A stretch of 64,000 nucleotides of DNA from Eledone cirrhosa (taxonomy: Eukaryota), in the NCBI GenBank assembly GCA_964016885.1, contig OZ024742.1, forward strand, positions 117,242,001 to 117,306,000. The letters run 5' to 3'. Of this stretch, positions 38,903 to 53,320 are shown one piece after another (within the stretch, counting starts at the first letter, position 1; every line of letters starts with the position of its first letter). The notes beneath the pieces were generated by a model. It was not told the DNA's origin. It ran no database searches and saw only the letters and a list, made by a program, of their open reading frames with translations. The translations under genes were made by a program, and so were the position numbers.

Positions 38903-39320
38903 TATATATACATATTGGCATAAGCATGGCTGAATGGTTAAAGAGCTTGCTTTGTAACGAGTTTGTTCTTGGTTCAGTCCTCCTGAGGAGCATCCATTTG
39001 ATTGGACCAAAGTCTTGTGAATGGAGTTTGGTAGAAGGAAACTGCAGAAGCCTGTCATGCATATGTATATGTGCCTGTGGGTCCATGTCAACTGAAGCAA
39101 GGCAGTACCCCAGCATGGCCACAGTCTACTGAGTGAAACAATTAAAATTATATATATATATATATATATAAAATATATATATATATCCAAAATTAAGATA
39201 AATCAAATGAATTTAATCTAAATCAAAATTATGGGTGTCATGCCAGAAAGACATGCGCCATATCACCCGCAAAATAAGCTCTAAGATTCTAACGAGTTGG
39301 TCCGAGCATTTTATAATAAC

Positions 39321-40087
39321 TAGAGATTGATTAACATATAAATAAACATGAATAATCACAGGAGATAATTTTTACAAGTGTGTAACCACACATAGCTAGG
39401 TAGGTAACTAAATAAAGTTGACCAGAACTTCAAAAATAGATACCTTATAATATGATTAATCTTCCCTGTATATATTCCATTAAAGAAATATATTTCACCA
39501 ATTAATCAGATGGTAAACCACAGAAGTGGAGACTTGGATTTTCAACAAGGAAGAAGTTCCAGCAATCCGTGTTTACACTTCAAGTTCAAATCAGCGACTG
39601 GCCAGCACGTGTTGTATTTACTAGAAATACACATCATACTAGCTTCGTCCCAGTGGCGTGAATAGGGTTATCGACAACTAGAAATAGCAGTCGAGTCCTT
39701 TCAACTGTTGAAAAGACTCGACTGCTGTTTCTAGTTGTCGATAACCCTATTCATGCCACTGGGACGAAGCTAGTATGATGTGTGTATTTCTAGCATGTGT
39801 TGCTGGCCAGTCGCTGATATGAACTTGAAGTGTAAACACGGATCGCTGGAACTTCTTCCTTGTTGAAAATCCAAGTCTCCACTTCCGTGGTCTACCATCC
39901 GATTAATTGGTAAAATATATTTCTTTAATGGAATATATACAGGGAAAATTAATCATATTATAAGGTATCTATTTTTGAAGTTCTGGTCAACTTTATTTAG
40001 TTACCTACCTAGCTATGTGTGGTTACACACTTGTAAAAATTATCTCCTGTGATTATTCATGTTTATTTATATGTTAATCAATCTCTA
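39321..40087. repeat. 767-bp palindrome (about 385-bp arms, 1-nt centre at 39706)
   Basis: Centre TTTCAAC T GTTGAAA; arms are reverse complements with scattered substitutions and small indels. Confidence 0.95.
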
Positions 40088-41399
40088 ATATATATAAAAT
40101 TATATATATATATATAATTATATATATATATATTAACTCTAACAATATATGAGTATTTGCTTTAGTTCTGCATTTTATAGTTGTTTCCCCACTCAGCCCT
40201 TATTCATCAATTTAACATAAGAAAAGTTCTATAATTACTGCAATTTAGGATAAAAGAATATTGTCTTAGATTTATTTGATTGGTTGCTTAATGACTGTTT
40301 AATTTAGAAGGCATGGTTTAGTTAATTTGCTTGAAGGAATGTATTTTATCATTATTTACATTGTAGTGAAAGATTAATATGAAGAGTTGATAAGGCATCC
40401 TATTAGGTAGAGAATAAAAAGAGCTCACACAACAATGCATCTTGCTGTCTTGCTGTCTAGCGGAAAGCAATAAATTCTATCATATATGTATAATAAAAGG
40501 AGCTATTCAAATTAGTAACTATAGAAACAATAAAAAGTTTACCAATTGAAGAACTTAGGGCATAATATAAGACATGTATTCTTGCTAATTAAAGAGAATT
40601 AAAAAAAAACACTTATATATTTGGAGCTAATTCTCTCATGGCCATTTAAGATGTAATAATTACATTTCTTATGACAATTATAAAAGATTTAGTTTTAATT
40701 AAAATAAATAGTTATATATGAATAATTAATTGGAAATATGTACTGATTAAATCAACCTTAACCATATATTCATCCAATTATAACTAGATATCTACAAAAT
40801 AAATATAACTATAAATAATATAAAATAGAGGATTGAAAATGAAATTAAATGTAGCAAAATAAACATACATTTTATAGGTACTGTTGATAGTGGACATCAA
40901 CTTTTATATGCAAAACTTTCTGCTATATTTGGGCTGTTGTAATCATCCTTATCAGATGTTTCAAGTGTTATATGATTTATATCTACTGGGTAATATGTGA
41001 ATTTGACATATGCTCAAATTCACATATAAGAAAATGCTGTTATAGGTTTTTTTTATAATTGTGAATGAATTTTTACACATAACTTATGTTTACACATCTC
41101 ATCAACATTCAGATATGAGAGAGAAAATGTTCTCAAAATTCCTCTATGTTTTTGTTGTTTTAAGTTTGCTGAAGTTTTTCTGAATTCTATTACTGCAGTT
41201 TATTATATGTTCATTTCTCCTATTAAATAAACCATCATTATGCAAGGCTTATCAAAGCATTATGCAATGCTTATCTCTTACACTTCAGCCTAGCAGAGAT
41301 TGCACTCTCACGCAGCCCCCTTTCACTGAATTAATAATTGACCAGGTTTACTTATATTGCATATTCTTATCTTTCAATTCCTATTTGTAGTATACATAC

Positions 41400-42200
41400 A
41401 ATGTTCTATAGAAAAGCTTCCTATTCCTAATTGCATTCATGTAGGTATAATATTGGTTTTTAAAAGGATTAGTGATAGACCCTATGTAGATTTTCACTCG
41501 CTGTAGTTATTGACTACACTTTCCCAAAGTAGATAATTCTTTGACTCTCTAAAGTTACATTCTTACGTTCTTGTCTTAATCATATTTGTTCTCACACTGG
41601 TTTTCACCTGGTTTAGTGTTTAAGTTTATATGTTTTTCCCTGTTATTATTTTGAGCTGGTAGTATCTCTTACATCGAAGGTACTCCAAATACAGATCAAC
41701 TCACATTAATACTATTGTTTAAATAGTTATACCAGTTAGTATCCTCGATACCATCATAATATTTAGATTATTCTGTCTATTTTCATAGGTCAAGTAGCCA
41801 CCATCAACTTCTAGAATAGCTCTATTAGTGGCTAATAATATATTATATTTCAACTTTGGATGAATCAGTTATTTTCTTGGTCAGTATTAGTGCCTTATTT
41901 AATAAGTTTGGAGAACTAGTCATAGAGAGATCATTAACATCCAGTTGAAGGAAGTCTACAAGCTTCTTATTTTCTAGTCTAATAAACCATTTGATTACCT
42001 CATCTGTGTTGCTCCATGGGTATAGATAGAGCTTATTCCAAACCTCTGGTATTCTTTTCAAAATTCCTTACTTAGTTTACCTATGTCCGATTTGGAAGAT
42101 ATAATTAGTCTAACAAAGACATTGGGGTTAAAATTCTGTTTATGATCTTCTTTTAGATTAAACCTTTGATGTTTAGGGTTATAAGGTTCAGTCATATCTG
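41400..42200 (-). mobile_element. Decayed Penelope-like element (RT N-terminus and GIY-YIG remnants)
   Basis: RLI..SKSDIGKLSK, WSNTDEVIKWF..FLQLDV (41843-42061) and KIYIGSITNPFK near 41460-41495. Confidence 0.72.
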
Positions 42201-42707
42201 CTGTTTAGACTGGTGACTGTTTTGTTTAAGTTCCCACCTTGGTAAAGTGCAGAAATTACTAATAGGAATTTCATGATTATATATATATATGCTCCAACTT
42301 GGTTGAGTACGAAGAAAGCAAATCCTTCTTAGCTGCAATAATAGAAAAAACACTTTAATTGTCTCTATGTACAGCAATGGCAGCCACAATTTATGTTATA
42401 TAGAGACTTATTATAGCATAACGTGCATCTCGGAAAACATACAAAAAATATAATTTTGGATAATCTACATCAATTCAAGCTATTTTTAAAGTCAAGCATG
42501 TTCAGAAAACATTGGTTGACTGCATATAAGTATACTGGTTTTCAGAATTGGTACACCATATCTCTGCATGTCATAGAGGCGACTAAAAGGATTGGCATCA
42601 GGAAAGGCAACTGGCTATAAAACATTGACTCAAAATATCCAGTCCTACTCATGACAGCATGGAAACATGAATATGAAATGATGATGGTGATTTATATATA
42701 TATATAT

Positions 42708-42755
<48 letters not shown>

Positions 42756-43118
42756 AGAGAGAGATGGAGAGAGGAGAGAATGAGTGGAGAGATTTTATAG
42801 ATTTTAAATCTAGTGAATAGGCCTTCATCTCTATTCCAAATACACACGAGTGTGCAGGCACACACACATGTGTGTATTCAGACAAACGTACATGAATTTA
42901 TGACTATATGGTAATAAGAAATCCCTTCTGAAAACACAAACAGCTTTTATTACTATCATATAGTGATTAAAAAACCCACTAAAATTTATCAATAACATGC
43001 CTCACCATTAAAATCATATAAATAGACAAAAGAGAGATTTGAATTTGCAGTCTCAAGAGGCCCTATATAGTGTGGTGGGGGTTAGCATCACTGATACAGC
43101 CTGAATATGTATGTATTT

Positions 43119-43185
<67 letters not shown>

Positions 43186-43224
43186 CATTTTGTGTGTGTG
43201 TGTATATATATATATCTATTTATA

Positions 43225-43845
43225 TACGGTGTCATACCCAATGACTGGCATAGCAGCAGCATCGTCAACTGTTACAAGGTCATAGGTCTAGATAAAGAAA
43301 ACTTAGTTGACCAGGACATGAAGATCACAGAAAGAGATATAGCAGAGCTAATCAAGTCTGAGTTAACCTAGATGACATGCATTTTAGATTTGAATCAGGT
43401 AAAAATACTTGCTTCCTTGTGAGGCAACAGCAGGAGAAGTACCTAATTAAAAGTAAACCCCCTCTATTTGAAGAAACCTTTTGACAGAGTTTCCCATTCC
43501 ATTATCTGGTGGTTTCTTAGAAAACTAGTAGATGAGTAGCTTGAGAGAGCAGTAAAAATCCTGTACAGAGGGACAGTCAGCAAGGTTAGAAGTAATAATG
43601 ACTATAGTGAATTTACCATGCAGGTAGGAGTCCAGCCTACTCCTGTTTATTATCAACCTGCAGTCAATAACAGAAGAGTTTAAGACTGGCTGCCTATGGG
43701 AACTTCTGTATGAAGTTGATCTAACACTTATCGCTGAATCTATGGCAGAACTAGAGAAAAAATTCCAAGACATGAAGCAAGACCTAGAATCTTAAGGGCT
43801 TACAGTCAACATGGCAAAAATCAAAGTCCTTGTATGTAGAAAGCA
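43225..43845 (+). mobile_element. Old RTE RT fragment
   Basis: GVIPNDWHSSSIVNCYK...EFKTGCLWELLY..DL.LIAESMAELEKKFQ. Confidence 0.85.
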
Positions 43846-44234
43846 ATACTCACACGATTTCTTAAAGACCTGCTGCAGTGTGAATATTTAGTCAGCTGTG
43901 CTGCACCTGGGGCAAAAACAGCTCTGTTCATCAGCTAGCTTGGACTCAATATCTACTGAATAAGAAATATTAAACATAAATAAAAAATAAATAATTAGAT
44001 ATATTAGAAAATATATATATTTCTTTGTAATTTCTAATATTGCATCTAATTATTTCCTTTGGGTTTATTTTTAATATATCATATTTGGTTGAATAGACAT
44101 ATTGACTCTAATCCATAACCTTTCATGTTCTATTTATCTTTCTTTTTTCTTCCTTTCTCTATTTTCTTTTAGATTGATATAATGATACAGTAATGATAAG
44201 ATGTACATGTTGAATTTCTACTGTATCATAGTAT

Positions 44235-45270
44235 TCATCATCATCATCATTTTTATGTCCAATTTTTCATGCTTGCATATGTCGGATATGTCCTTCTCAA
44301 CACAGCATCTCTCCACTCATCATGTTCTTTGTGAGTCTCAGTGATTTGAGGTCAACTCTCACAACCTCTGCCGAGGTCATTTTTGTCTACCTCTACATCA
44401 GTTTCATTCCACTGGGATTTCCTGACATTTCTTCACTCAGCAGTCATATGTCCATATCAATGCAGTCATATGTCCATATCAATGCAGTCTTTTCTTCTGC
44501 ACACCACATCAGATTCCTCTTAAACCTTCAGCTTGTCCAAGCTCTGCCTTTCTCTCACACTTACATTATGCATCCAACAAAGCATGGTTGTTTCTCTCCA
44601 ATCTATGCATGTCCTTTGCAATCACAGCCCATGTTTCACTGCCGTGCAACACTGCATTTCACACACAGGCATCATACAGTCCTTTTGTATGTAGGAAGAA
44701 ATCTTTTGTTGTCAAGAGAGGGAGTAGCTCTCAAAACTTTTTCCATCCTATCCATATTCTAGCTATAATACTCTCAGCACACCCTCCTCCACTGATAATT
44801 ACATCACCTAGGTAGCAAAAGCTATCAATCACGTCTATGGACCCAATACTGGGATTGGAAAAGGTTTGTATCACTGGCACTCTTATAATCCCTGTGTATT
44901 TTCCACATACAAAGTCCTTCTTTTCCGTTATCCCACTACAACTCTTGTGTACCCAAGATTTACATTAAGTACATCATATAGATTTTATGCCTATTCCTTT
45001 TCTACATATTAAGCAGGGCCAATTCTCTGAAGGAATCAGGGTCTTATCTTCTCTCCTACTCACTAGCTCTTTAGTTTTATATATGTTTACTCTCAGACCT
45101 TTTAATTCCAAATTCTGGACCACGAGATAATAGAGTACTCTGTCAAAGACCTTCTCTAGATTAACAAAAGCTATATAGAGGGTTTTATTTTTGACTAGGA
45201 ATATCTCACTAAAATGAGGGCTCCTGTAGTACTTTTCCCAGGCATGAAATGAAACTGCATCTCATCTATA
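44235..45270 (-). mobile_element. Old RTE fragment with (GAT)n tail
   Basis: Decayed RT, PHD remnant and C-terminus; internally deleted. Confidence 0.82.
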
Positions 45271-46579
45271 AGATGACTGTGAGGAGATGAAGGATGTGAG
45301 ATATTCAGACAGAATAAACTCTATGAGTTGTGATGGGATATAATGGTAGCTATGTAAACAATGATTGAGAGGGGATAGACAAACTATATTAGTTAAGTAA
45401 TACAAGAGATTAAAAGATTGCAATGCTGGCTGTTGTAGCCAACTGACCTGTGGTCAGCAGTGACTGAATGGCCAAACCAGTCTTTCTATGAAGATCTGCT
45501 ACCAAATCAGAGGAAGAATTTAATACAGGTAGTCAACATTCACTGTCTGGTCAATTTGCTACAAAAATATTGAATTTAAATGTTTGAGTGCATACAATAC
45601 GAAAATAAAACATAGTTTTGTACACAATAATAAAGAGGCTATATACAATTTCACTGCACACACACACATAAATTGGAGTGGGGAATAGAAAAGTGAGACC
45701 AGAAATGGAGAGTGAGATATGAGATATTCATTTTACATACAGCAAAAGTAGTTGAATGAAAGTCAAGCAGTAAGTGTAGAGAGCAAACCCTCAACAAGTG
45801 GAAGACATCATAATGCTTGCATAATGGGAATAGTTACACCAACTTGATTCTGGTGATTGCAACAAGAATAATATGGAAAATCATACCACAGATTAGACCA
45901 TAAAATCTAGGAAATACCAAATAGAATTAATGTGACTTGGAAGGAATGATACTATCAGAAGGTATTGGATTCATAGAGATCTCCATTCAACAACTAATGA
46001 AGAGAATGTTCCGCAGTGCAAGCAGTATGTAGAATATGTGTGTGTGTGTGTGTGTACATGCATGAGCACAGTGCTATTGCTAATCTTTGTGCTACCTCAA
46101 CCCCCATAGTTAAACTATTGTATGTGTGCATAAATGTATTCATATATGTGTACATACATAAATGTGTGTGAAAGGAAGAGATAAGGGAGGAGGGAGAATC
46201 ATGATTAGAAACCCATAACTAAATGTTTCATGCAACCAGGAAGGCTTGTTTAACTGATTGTAGTCAATTATAGATAGTGGGAGAAATAATGGATAATGTT
46301 TTAAAGGTTTTGAACAGCACCCAATATCGTTGGCTATCCTATGACATGACCCATGATATCTAGTGCAATTCATCATATCCAGCACACCAGGAAGAACTTC
46401 CATGAATACATTATGTAGGAGTATGTATATATATGGAAGTAAGCTGAAAAGAATTCAATTTTTTTATTTAAAATTGGAGTTATTCTGTAAGATAGAGGTC
46501 AAAGTAACTTGACCACTTTCTAAAAGTTGTTGCTCTGTCCAATATTCCAAAATACTTATCTTTTTCAAATAATGATATG

Positions 46580-47430
46580 TCCCAGTTGTAGATTGATTAA
46601 CCCTGCTAGAACCAAAACAGGATTAGCCAGTAAGAAGATATTAAGAGAGATATATACATGTCTTAAGAATAATTGTTTCTACCTTTGGCACAAGGCCAGC
46701 AATTATCCCAGTGCATTACTGGTACTTTATTTTATCGACCACGTAAGGATGAAAGGCAAAGTTAACCTTGGCAGGATTTGAACTCAGATTGTAAAGGCCC
46801 ATAACTCCATGCTGTAAAGCATGGCGTCCAACCCTCTAATGATACTGCCAATCCACCACCATTTGTCTTAAGAATAATACTGACCTATTACAGTGTAAGA
46901 ATACTTTTTCAGTGATAGGTTGATTCAATAATATTTCAGAGAAAAATAAGGCTAGGTTTAAACAATTTGATATAACAGACTTTTACCTCTCCATCACAAA
47001 TTCCCTATTCTAGAGTTCACCAAAAGATATACACTGACCAAGAGATAAAAATCATTGCACACCAGAAAGACCATCCTATTTACTAATGAGTCTACTTGGG
47101 CTAAAAATTCAAACCCAATATATCCCATCGATATATCAATGGGATCCTATGGTAGTGCAAATGTATGCGATTTGATTGGACTTTTTATCCTTCATACCCT
47201 TAAAGGAAAATTCCCCAATCACGCCAATGGTCTCTACCACAATGATAGTTTGGCAGTATCCCATAACTGCAATGGGCCTTCTATGGATAATTGCTACAAA
47301 GAACTACTACTGACTATTAGTAACTTTGGATTTAAAATAATAGATTCTAACCTAACCAATGCCAAATTCTTAGATGTAAACTTGGATTTAGCTACAGCTA
47401 CCCATGAGCCCAATGAAAAACTAATATATA
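46580..47430 (+). mobile_element. Decayed Penelope-like RT interrupted by a SINE
   Basis: CRLINPART; QFDITDFY; DISMGSYGSANVCDLIGLFIL..GLYHND..FLDVNLDL (PLE RT motifs). Confidence 0.8.
46674..46863 (-). mobile_element. MetaSINE-like SINE with 15-bp TSD
   Basis: TGTCTTAAGAATAAT at 46659-46673 and 46864-46878. Confidence 0.9.
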
Positions 47431-47546
47431 TAGACGGTATTTTGGAATATTGGACTGAGCAACAACTTTTAGAAAGTGCCATCTGTAATGTTTTTTTTGA
47501 TGTCAGCCCTTGTGGCCAATAAAGAAATCATTATTATTTATTGTTA

Positions 47547-47596
<50 letters not shown>

Positions 47597-47599
<3 letters not shown>

Positions 47600-47892
47600 G
47601 GCAGTATCAGTAGAGAGTCAGACATCATGCTTTGCAGCATAGAGTCACGGCTCTTTATGCTCTGAGTTCAAATCCCGTTGAGGTTAACTTTACATTTCAT
47701 CCTTACGCGGTCGATAAAATAAAGTACCAGTAATACACTGGGATAATTGCTGGCCTTGTACCAAAAGTAGAAACTATTATTATTATTGGACTGAGTTCAA
47801 ATCCCGCCGAGGTTAACTTTGCCTTTCATCCTTACGGGGTCGATAAAATAATGTACCGGGTAATTGCTGGCTTTGTGCCAAATGTAGAAACA

Positions 47893-47950
<58 letters not shown>
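47597..47950 (+). mobile_element. Two MetaSINE-like SINEs within (TTA)n tracts
   Basis: Match 4576-4768; second copy 5'-truncated. Confidence 0.85.
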
Positions 47951-47951
<1 letters not shown>

Positions 47952-48124
47952 TTTTGTGTTTTTCTAGATTTGCCTGATGTTCTTTTTTATATAAAAAAAT
48001 ATTATTTAGATAATAAAAAAAATGGGAGTGGGGTTTAAAATCTGTGCTTTTGGTAATATCAATTAACTTTGATTTAGCACAGAAAATGTGTTGATGATTT
48101 CCTGTTATAAACACTTCCATCCAA
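47952..48124 (-). CDS. Candidate exon (open frame)
   Basis: tatgctag acceptor, gtaata donor; WMEVFITGNHQHIFCAKSKLIDITKSTDFKPHSHFFYYLNNIFLYKKEHQANLEKHK. Confidence 0.3.
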
Positions 48125-48689
48125 CTAGCATATAAAATGGGAAAATAAGGATGTGTATTTCACGCAAGTACTAATTTGAAATTAAAAAATGAAGAACAAA
48201 TTATAAAATTATTTTGTTGAGTTTTGTTGGATGTGTAATATGGAAGCTTTGAAATAACAAAGTTTGTTAAATATAGTGGAAAATTTAAATATTGACTTTA
48301 ATCATGTTTATAATTGATGTTTTAGAATTTTTAAATATAAAATGAATATTTTTTCTCTCCTCTATTTTTTTCATATAGAAAATCCTAAAATTAATGAAGA
48401 AAACATTTAAAGTATGCTAGATTTGTAAAATGATAAATTAAACAAAGAACTCTCCTCTTCTTTTATCATAATAATATTTCTGTAGCAAGCATCATTGAAC
48501 AAGAGGAAGCTCTCATTGAATTAAATCAATGAGTTGATTTTCAGTCCCAGCTAAGTCCACTCACTTCACTAATTTAAAAATTGTTCATCCTATAGCTTTT
48601 ACTTTGTGAACAATAAGCACAGAGATGGCCTTGTAATTAAGGTGTTAACAAAAATAAAAGTATTCAGAACAAAATATCCAATAGTAAAT

Positions 48690-49015
48690 AAACTGTACAA
48701 TATCAGAGAGTCACTTCTGATAGAGCTGCTACTTCTCCAAATTAAGAGATCACAGCTCCAATATTATGGACATATGGTTAGAATGTCTCAAGAAAGAATC
48801 ACTGGGCAGATGTTATCGGCAAAACCAACCAGCAGGAGACCCTGGGGAACACTCTAAGCAAGATGGTTGGATGATATTGATGAGCTCAGCTGGTCTTTCT
48901 TGGGGATCAAGCTGGACCAATTAGAGACACTTGCTTCTGTCAGGAACTCTTGAAAGGCATGCTTGAGGACTCTGCCCGACAACCCTCCCAGGAATAAGTG
49001 GGCGAAGAAGAAGAA
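48690..49015 (+). mobile_element. Expander/Rex3-like RTE 3' fragment
   Basis: LLLQIKRSQLQYYGHMVRMSQERITGQML.AKPT.RRP; GAA-type tail; related copies at 53845-54210 and 60675-61020. Confidence 0.8.
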
Positions 49016-49872
49016 TGTGCAAGGCAATAAGGAAATAAAAAAAGGAAAATAAGAAAGAGTATGAAAAAAGAATTAAGTAATGAAAGAAAGGATGTGGGGG
49101 AGGGAGCGACAGATTCTACACCCCAGTCTGAGCATTGTTTCAGCTGCACCCCACAGATAAAATGGCAAAGAATGGCCAGTAACATCCACCCCACTTCATG
49201 GGGCTCGGGCTCCTTCCATTGGCAAGCTGCTGCCTTTCTGATTTTACAAAGGAAATCAGCAGTGTGGGGACCAAGGACACCTGAGATCTTGATGGTGACC
49301 AGTATGAAAAGAAAGCCATTATTGAAGCCCTGGTATTTAGTTATCTACCTCTCACCTGCCTTGCAAACATAGGCACCCAGATTTGACAGCCAAAGTGACA
49401 AGGTGGGAGGAGAATGTCACATCACAGATTAGGGATTGATCTCCCTCAACTGGGAAGAGGGTTATTCCATCAGGGCTCAACCATATTGTTCTGTAGTGAA
49501 CTCTTTAACAAATGTCTCTAATAGAGTCTAGGGTTGACTAATGCCTTTGTGAGTGAAATTTGGTAGACAAAAATTGTGTGGAATATATATATATATGTAT
49601 ATATATATATTATATATATATGTGTGTGTGTGTGTGTGTGCTTGTATGTGTCCATGCTAGTGTTTATGTTTACTGTCAATAAATATTCATGAATAAATTA
49701 AGTACAAAACATGTAAAAATAGTACCGGGGTCGATATGTAGAGAAATCTTGATATTGTCCCTATGATTTCAAGTAGTCGTATTATCAATATATACTAACC
49801 TTTAACCTCAGTCAGGCTAACTGAGATACCAATTTTTTTGACTGGTCAAACAGCCTCGCCAATAAGATTTAC

Positions 49873-50011
49873 TGGCTTTGTTTAAAAGGAAATTATCCAT
49901 GTGTTTAATGTTTTCTGGGCACACAATCCTTATAAATTTCAAGTGATATTGATCCTGAGATAGTGAGTCTTTTTCTTCACTTTGTCACAAAACATAGTAG
50001 GCTTCTTTGTT
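49873..50011 (-). pseudogene. Candidate exon with one in-frame TGA
   Basis: tgttgcag acceptor, gtaaat donor; NKEAYYVL*QSEEKDSLSQDQYHLKFIRIVCPENIKHMDNFLLNKA. Confidence 0.35.
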
Positions 50012-52905
50012 CTGCAACATACAGACAACACAGTTCACGATGTAGCAACACATAACCATACTAGCTAACCAACTCTGCTGGCTGGCAGAGTTAGTTACCA
50101 GGTCCAACACACAGATTAATAAAATCTACTTTGAGATTCAACATTCGCACACACAATCAACACACTACCATTATACATGTACCTTTTCCGTTGTTCATTA
50201 TTACTGCACATGATTTCAAAATAAATTAGACAACCAATAAAAACATAAAAATTAGTACTTTTTTGTTCATTTATTAATTCATACCCATGTGATTGGAAAA
50301 AATGGTTTTCCACACATCGCCACAACAAGCGACTAAAACCACTGGTTTCCCCGACAATGGCAAGACATCACAGCAACAATTCTCTTGACTCACTTCACTC
50401 ACTTGCCATAGACTCGGCCAACAAACCACTAATTCAACTACTTAATCAACTTCATCATTGCAACACCTTCTACACCATTACAAATGAACTAAACAAACAA
50501 CAAACAATCTTCTTTACATCACTAAAGATATAGTTGTTTAAATTCTTTTGAAAGATGAAGCCCAGCATGGTTGCATTCTGGTTACTAAACTCAGTAAAAG
50601 AGCAATATTGCCACTAATTATATGTTTCCAACATTCCAATAATTAGTTCATGGCTTTCTTATATTGACAGACACAAGGATGTATCTGGGCAATTTGGGCA
50701 GAATAAATATCAGAAGGTGTTTTTATTCAAACACCCCAGTCTATTGATTTTCTTGCTAAGGTGAACATCTTTTGCCAATCTACATTTGTGTAAGATCTGC
50801 ATTTAATGACATTACTGCAAATTTGTAAATGTATACTTAACAAGTTTTATAATATTATTTATGTGATTTGATTGTTAATTACAAATTTAAGGTTTCATTT
50901 GAGATATATTCTTTTATTCTTTTACTATTTTCTGTCATTAGATATGACCATGCTTGGGCACCACCTGTAAGGGAGTTAGTTAATGATTATTGAACCTAGC
51001 ACTCATTCTTTTAAGTCTGGTGCTTAATTTATTGATCTATTTGTTGAAATGTTAAATTACACGACATAAACAAACAGTAATTTTAAATGTAGACACACAC
51101 ATACAACAAGCTTTCAGAAAGTTTAGATCTAACAAATTACACTGACATGGCATTGGTCAACTTAAGCTATATAGTAGCAGACACAAACACAAGTGGCTAC
51201 ACTAGTGGAACCAAACACAAAACTCTGTGGTTACAATGCAAATTTCTTAGCCACACAACCATGTGTGTGCCATGTATTTAAGATACACTTACTGACTCAC
51301 TTCATTGTAACTCAGTTACACCTATGGACACATAAGGCATATGCATGTGATCAGACTATATTGTGAATAATGAGGGAATGTGTCAGTTAGAAACTTTTAT
51401 TGTTGTTTCTCATTAGTTAAGACTGCTTACATGAATAGATTTGTTGCAGATTTATCGATGGAAGGGCTTCTTGACTTTTGGGCTACTGAGTTGTAGAGAG
51501 ATGCAGCCTAGTTCAAGTCTATTATGATCAAAGTAACTTGCTCTGCAAAGCTGTCTGAAACTGGCTAAAACCGATTTCTCTTCACCTTAGAGCAGCTGGA
51601 CACTTTTCAGGAAGATATATATATACACACACATAAGCCATGAGATATTAATCTCTATCTTGCAGTTTAAGGAAAAACACCTGGGGGCAACTTGATTTCA
51701 TCACCATCATCATCATTTAATGTCCATTTTCACTGCTAGCAAGGGTTGTACAGGCCACCACAGACCAAAACAATACTCAAGTAAAGCTACTGACATCACA
51801 GATGGGCTTGGAGCTTCATCTCACTCTCTAACTATCCTGAACTGTACTGAGTGCTCAGATAGGCTAGGGGCCCTCATCTCGCATACAGAAAGGTCCTCAC
51901 ACTCTACTAGGTGCATTTTACCATGGCACCAGCACCATGGAGAATGCCATGTCTTTGATACAGCTGAAGAATCATCCTGAGCCTTTCTTTATAGGTTTTC
52001 TATGGATCGATTCACTTCATAGCATTGACTTTACAGAGCATACTGGATGTGTTTATCGCCAAAATTAGGGGTTTGTTGTGTTCTGGATACATCTGAAGAT
52101 TCTGTTCAATCCTTTCTTTTGCAAGTTTTGTATGGCTGGATGCCTTTCCTACTATCAACATCTAGTTTTATGCTGGATAATTGTGAGAGAATCATATACA
52201 TCTCAAGTCTGATTATTTTTATCACTAAAATATGTACATTAATGTGCTCCAAAAGATATAATTATTGCTTAAAGTTCAAGTGTTTCAATTGTTCAACCAA
52301 TCACAAACAGTCTGATAAAGTAATTGACCAATCATATTGCTGTATCATGTAACTGATTATCTGTATGTTAGCATCTGCAGATTTATGAACACACGCAAAC
52401 ACACAAATATGCACACGAACACTCTCTCTCTCTCGTTCTCTCTCTCACACACACACACACATATAATACAAGAAAATATAAAGAAAACAAAAACAAATGT
52501 ATGTAATCGCTTTTTTTTCACATCTCTAATCACCATTATGTAATTTAAATAATTCAAATTTGTACTGCTGATTTTTAAGAAAACTAAATAGCAGAAAATG
52601 AAATAGAATTTATATTAAATCGGTTGATTTAATTATATTAATTACCACATTACTTTTCTACAATAAGAGAAAAAGGTAAAAAAATAAAAAAACAAAAAAG
52701 TTCCATTAATCTTGACCACATCCAAAGAATAAATAGCTAGATTAATAAAGAAAGAAATGTGATGTCATTGTAATTGTTTTCTTTCTCTCAACATTCCCTT
52801 CATCTTGTGAGAAATTTTATAGCAATCAACTTTATTCAATTATTTTCTCCGTTCAAGTTTTTCTACATTTTCTGACCATATACATATGTATGTAGGTGTG
52901 TATGT

Positions 52906-52936
<31 letters not shown>

Positions 52937-53116
52937 TACATATACGTATATTTATATACATATATATAGAGAGAGAGAGATAGCGAGATAGATAGATGTG
53001 TAAAATTCCAACCACAGCGCCAAGTCCCTTTACATCTGTCCATGTATTGAGTACTCCCATGATTAGTGGCCTCCTCGGCCTCAGCACCGTAGACTCTATT
53101 TGTATATATATATGTA

Positions 53117-53153
<37 letters not shown>

Positions 53154-53284
53154 GTGAGGTTTTTTTTACAAAATGAAAAATAACCGAGGTGTCCTACACA
53201 AGTGAAAATATAAAGAAAAAGAGATGAAATCGAAAAAGCAACTGGAGTCTTATTTTTTTTTTAATATATATATTTATTTGGTTC

Positions 53285-53320
53285 CTTTACCGGTTTCGCA
53301 GTTCTTCTGCTTTTCAAAAG
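53285..53320 (-). ncRNA. Minimal type I hammerhead, U3-A8 variant, palindromic stem III
   Basis: CUU UUGAAAA GCAG-AAGAA-CUGC GAAA CCGG UA AAG. Confidence 0.65.

Noticed and set aside
53044-53100. HDV-like ribozyme (GGC CTCCTCG GCC resembles P3/L3; related copy at 22255-22303)
   Set aside because: No GG for P1.1, no P4, catalytic C or 3' P2 strand visible; second copy does not keep P3
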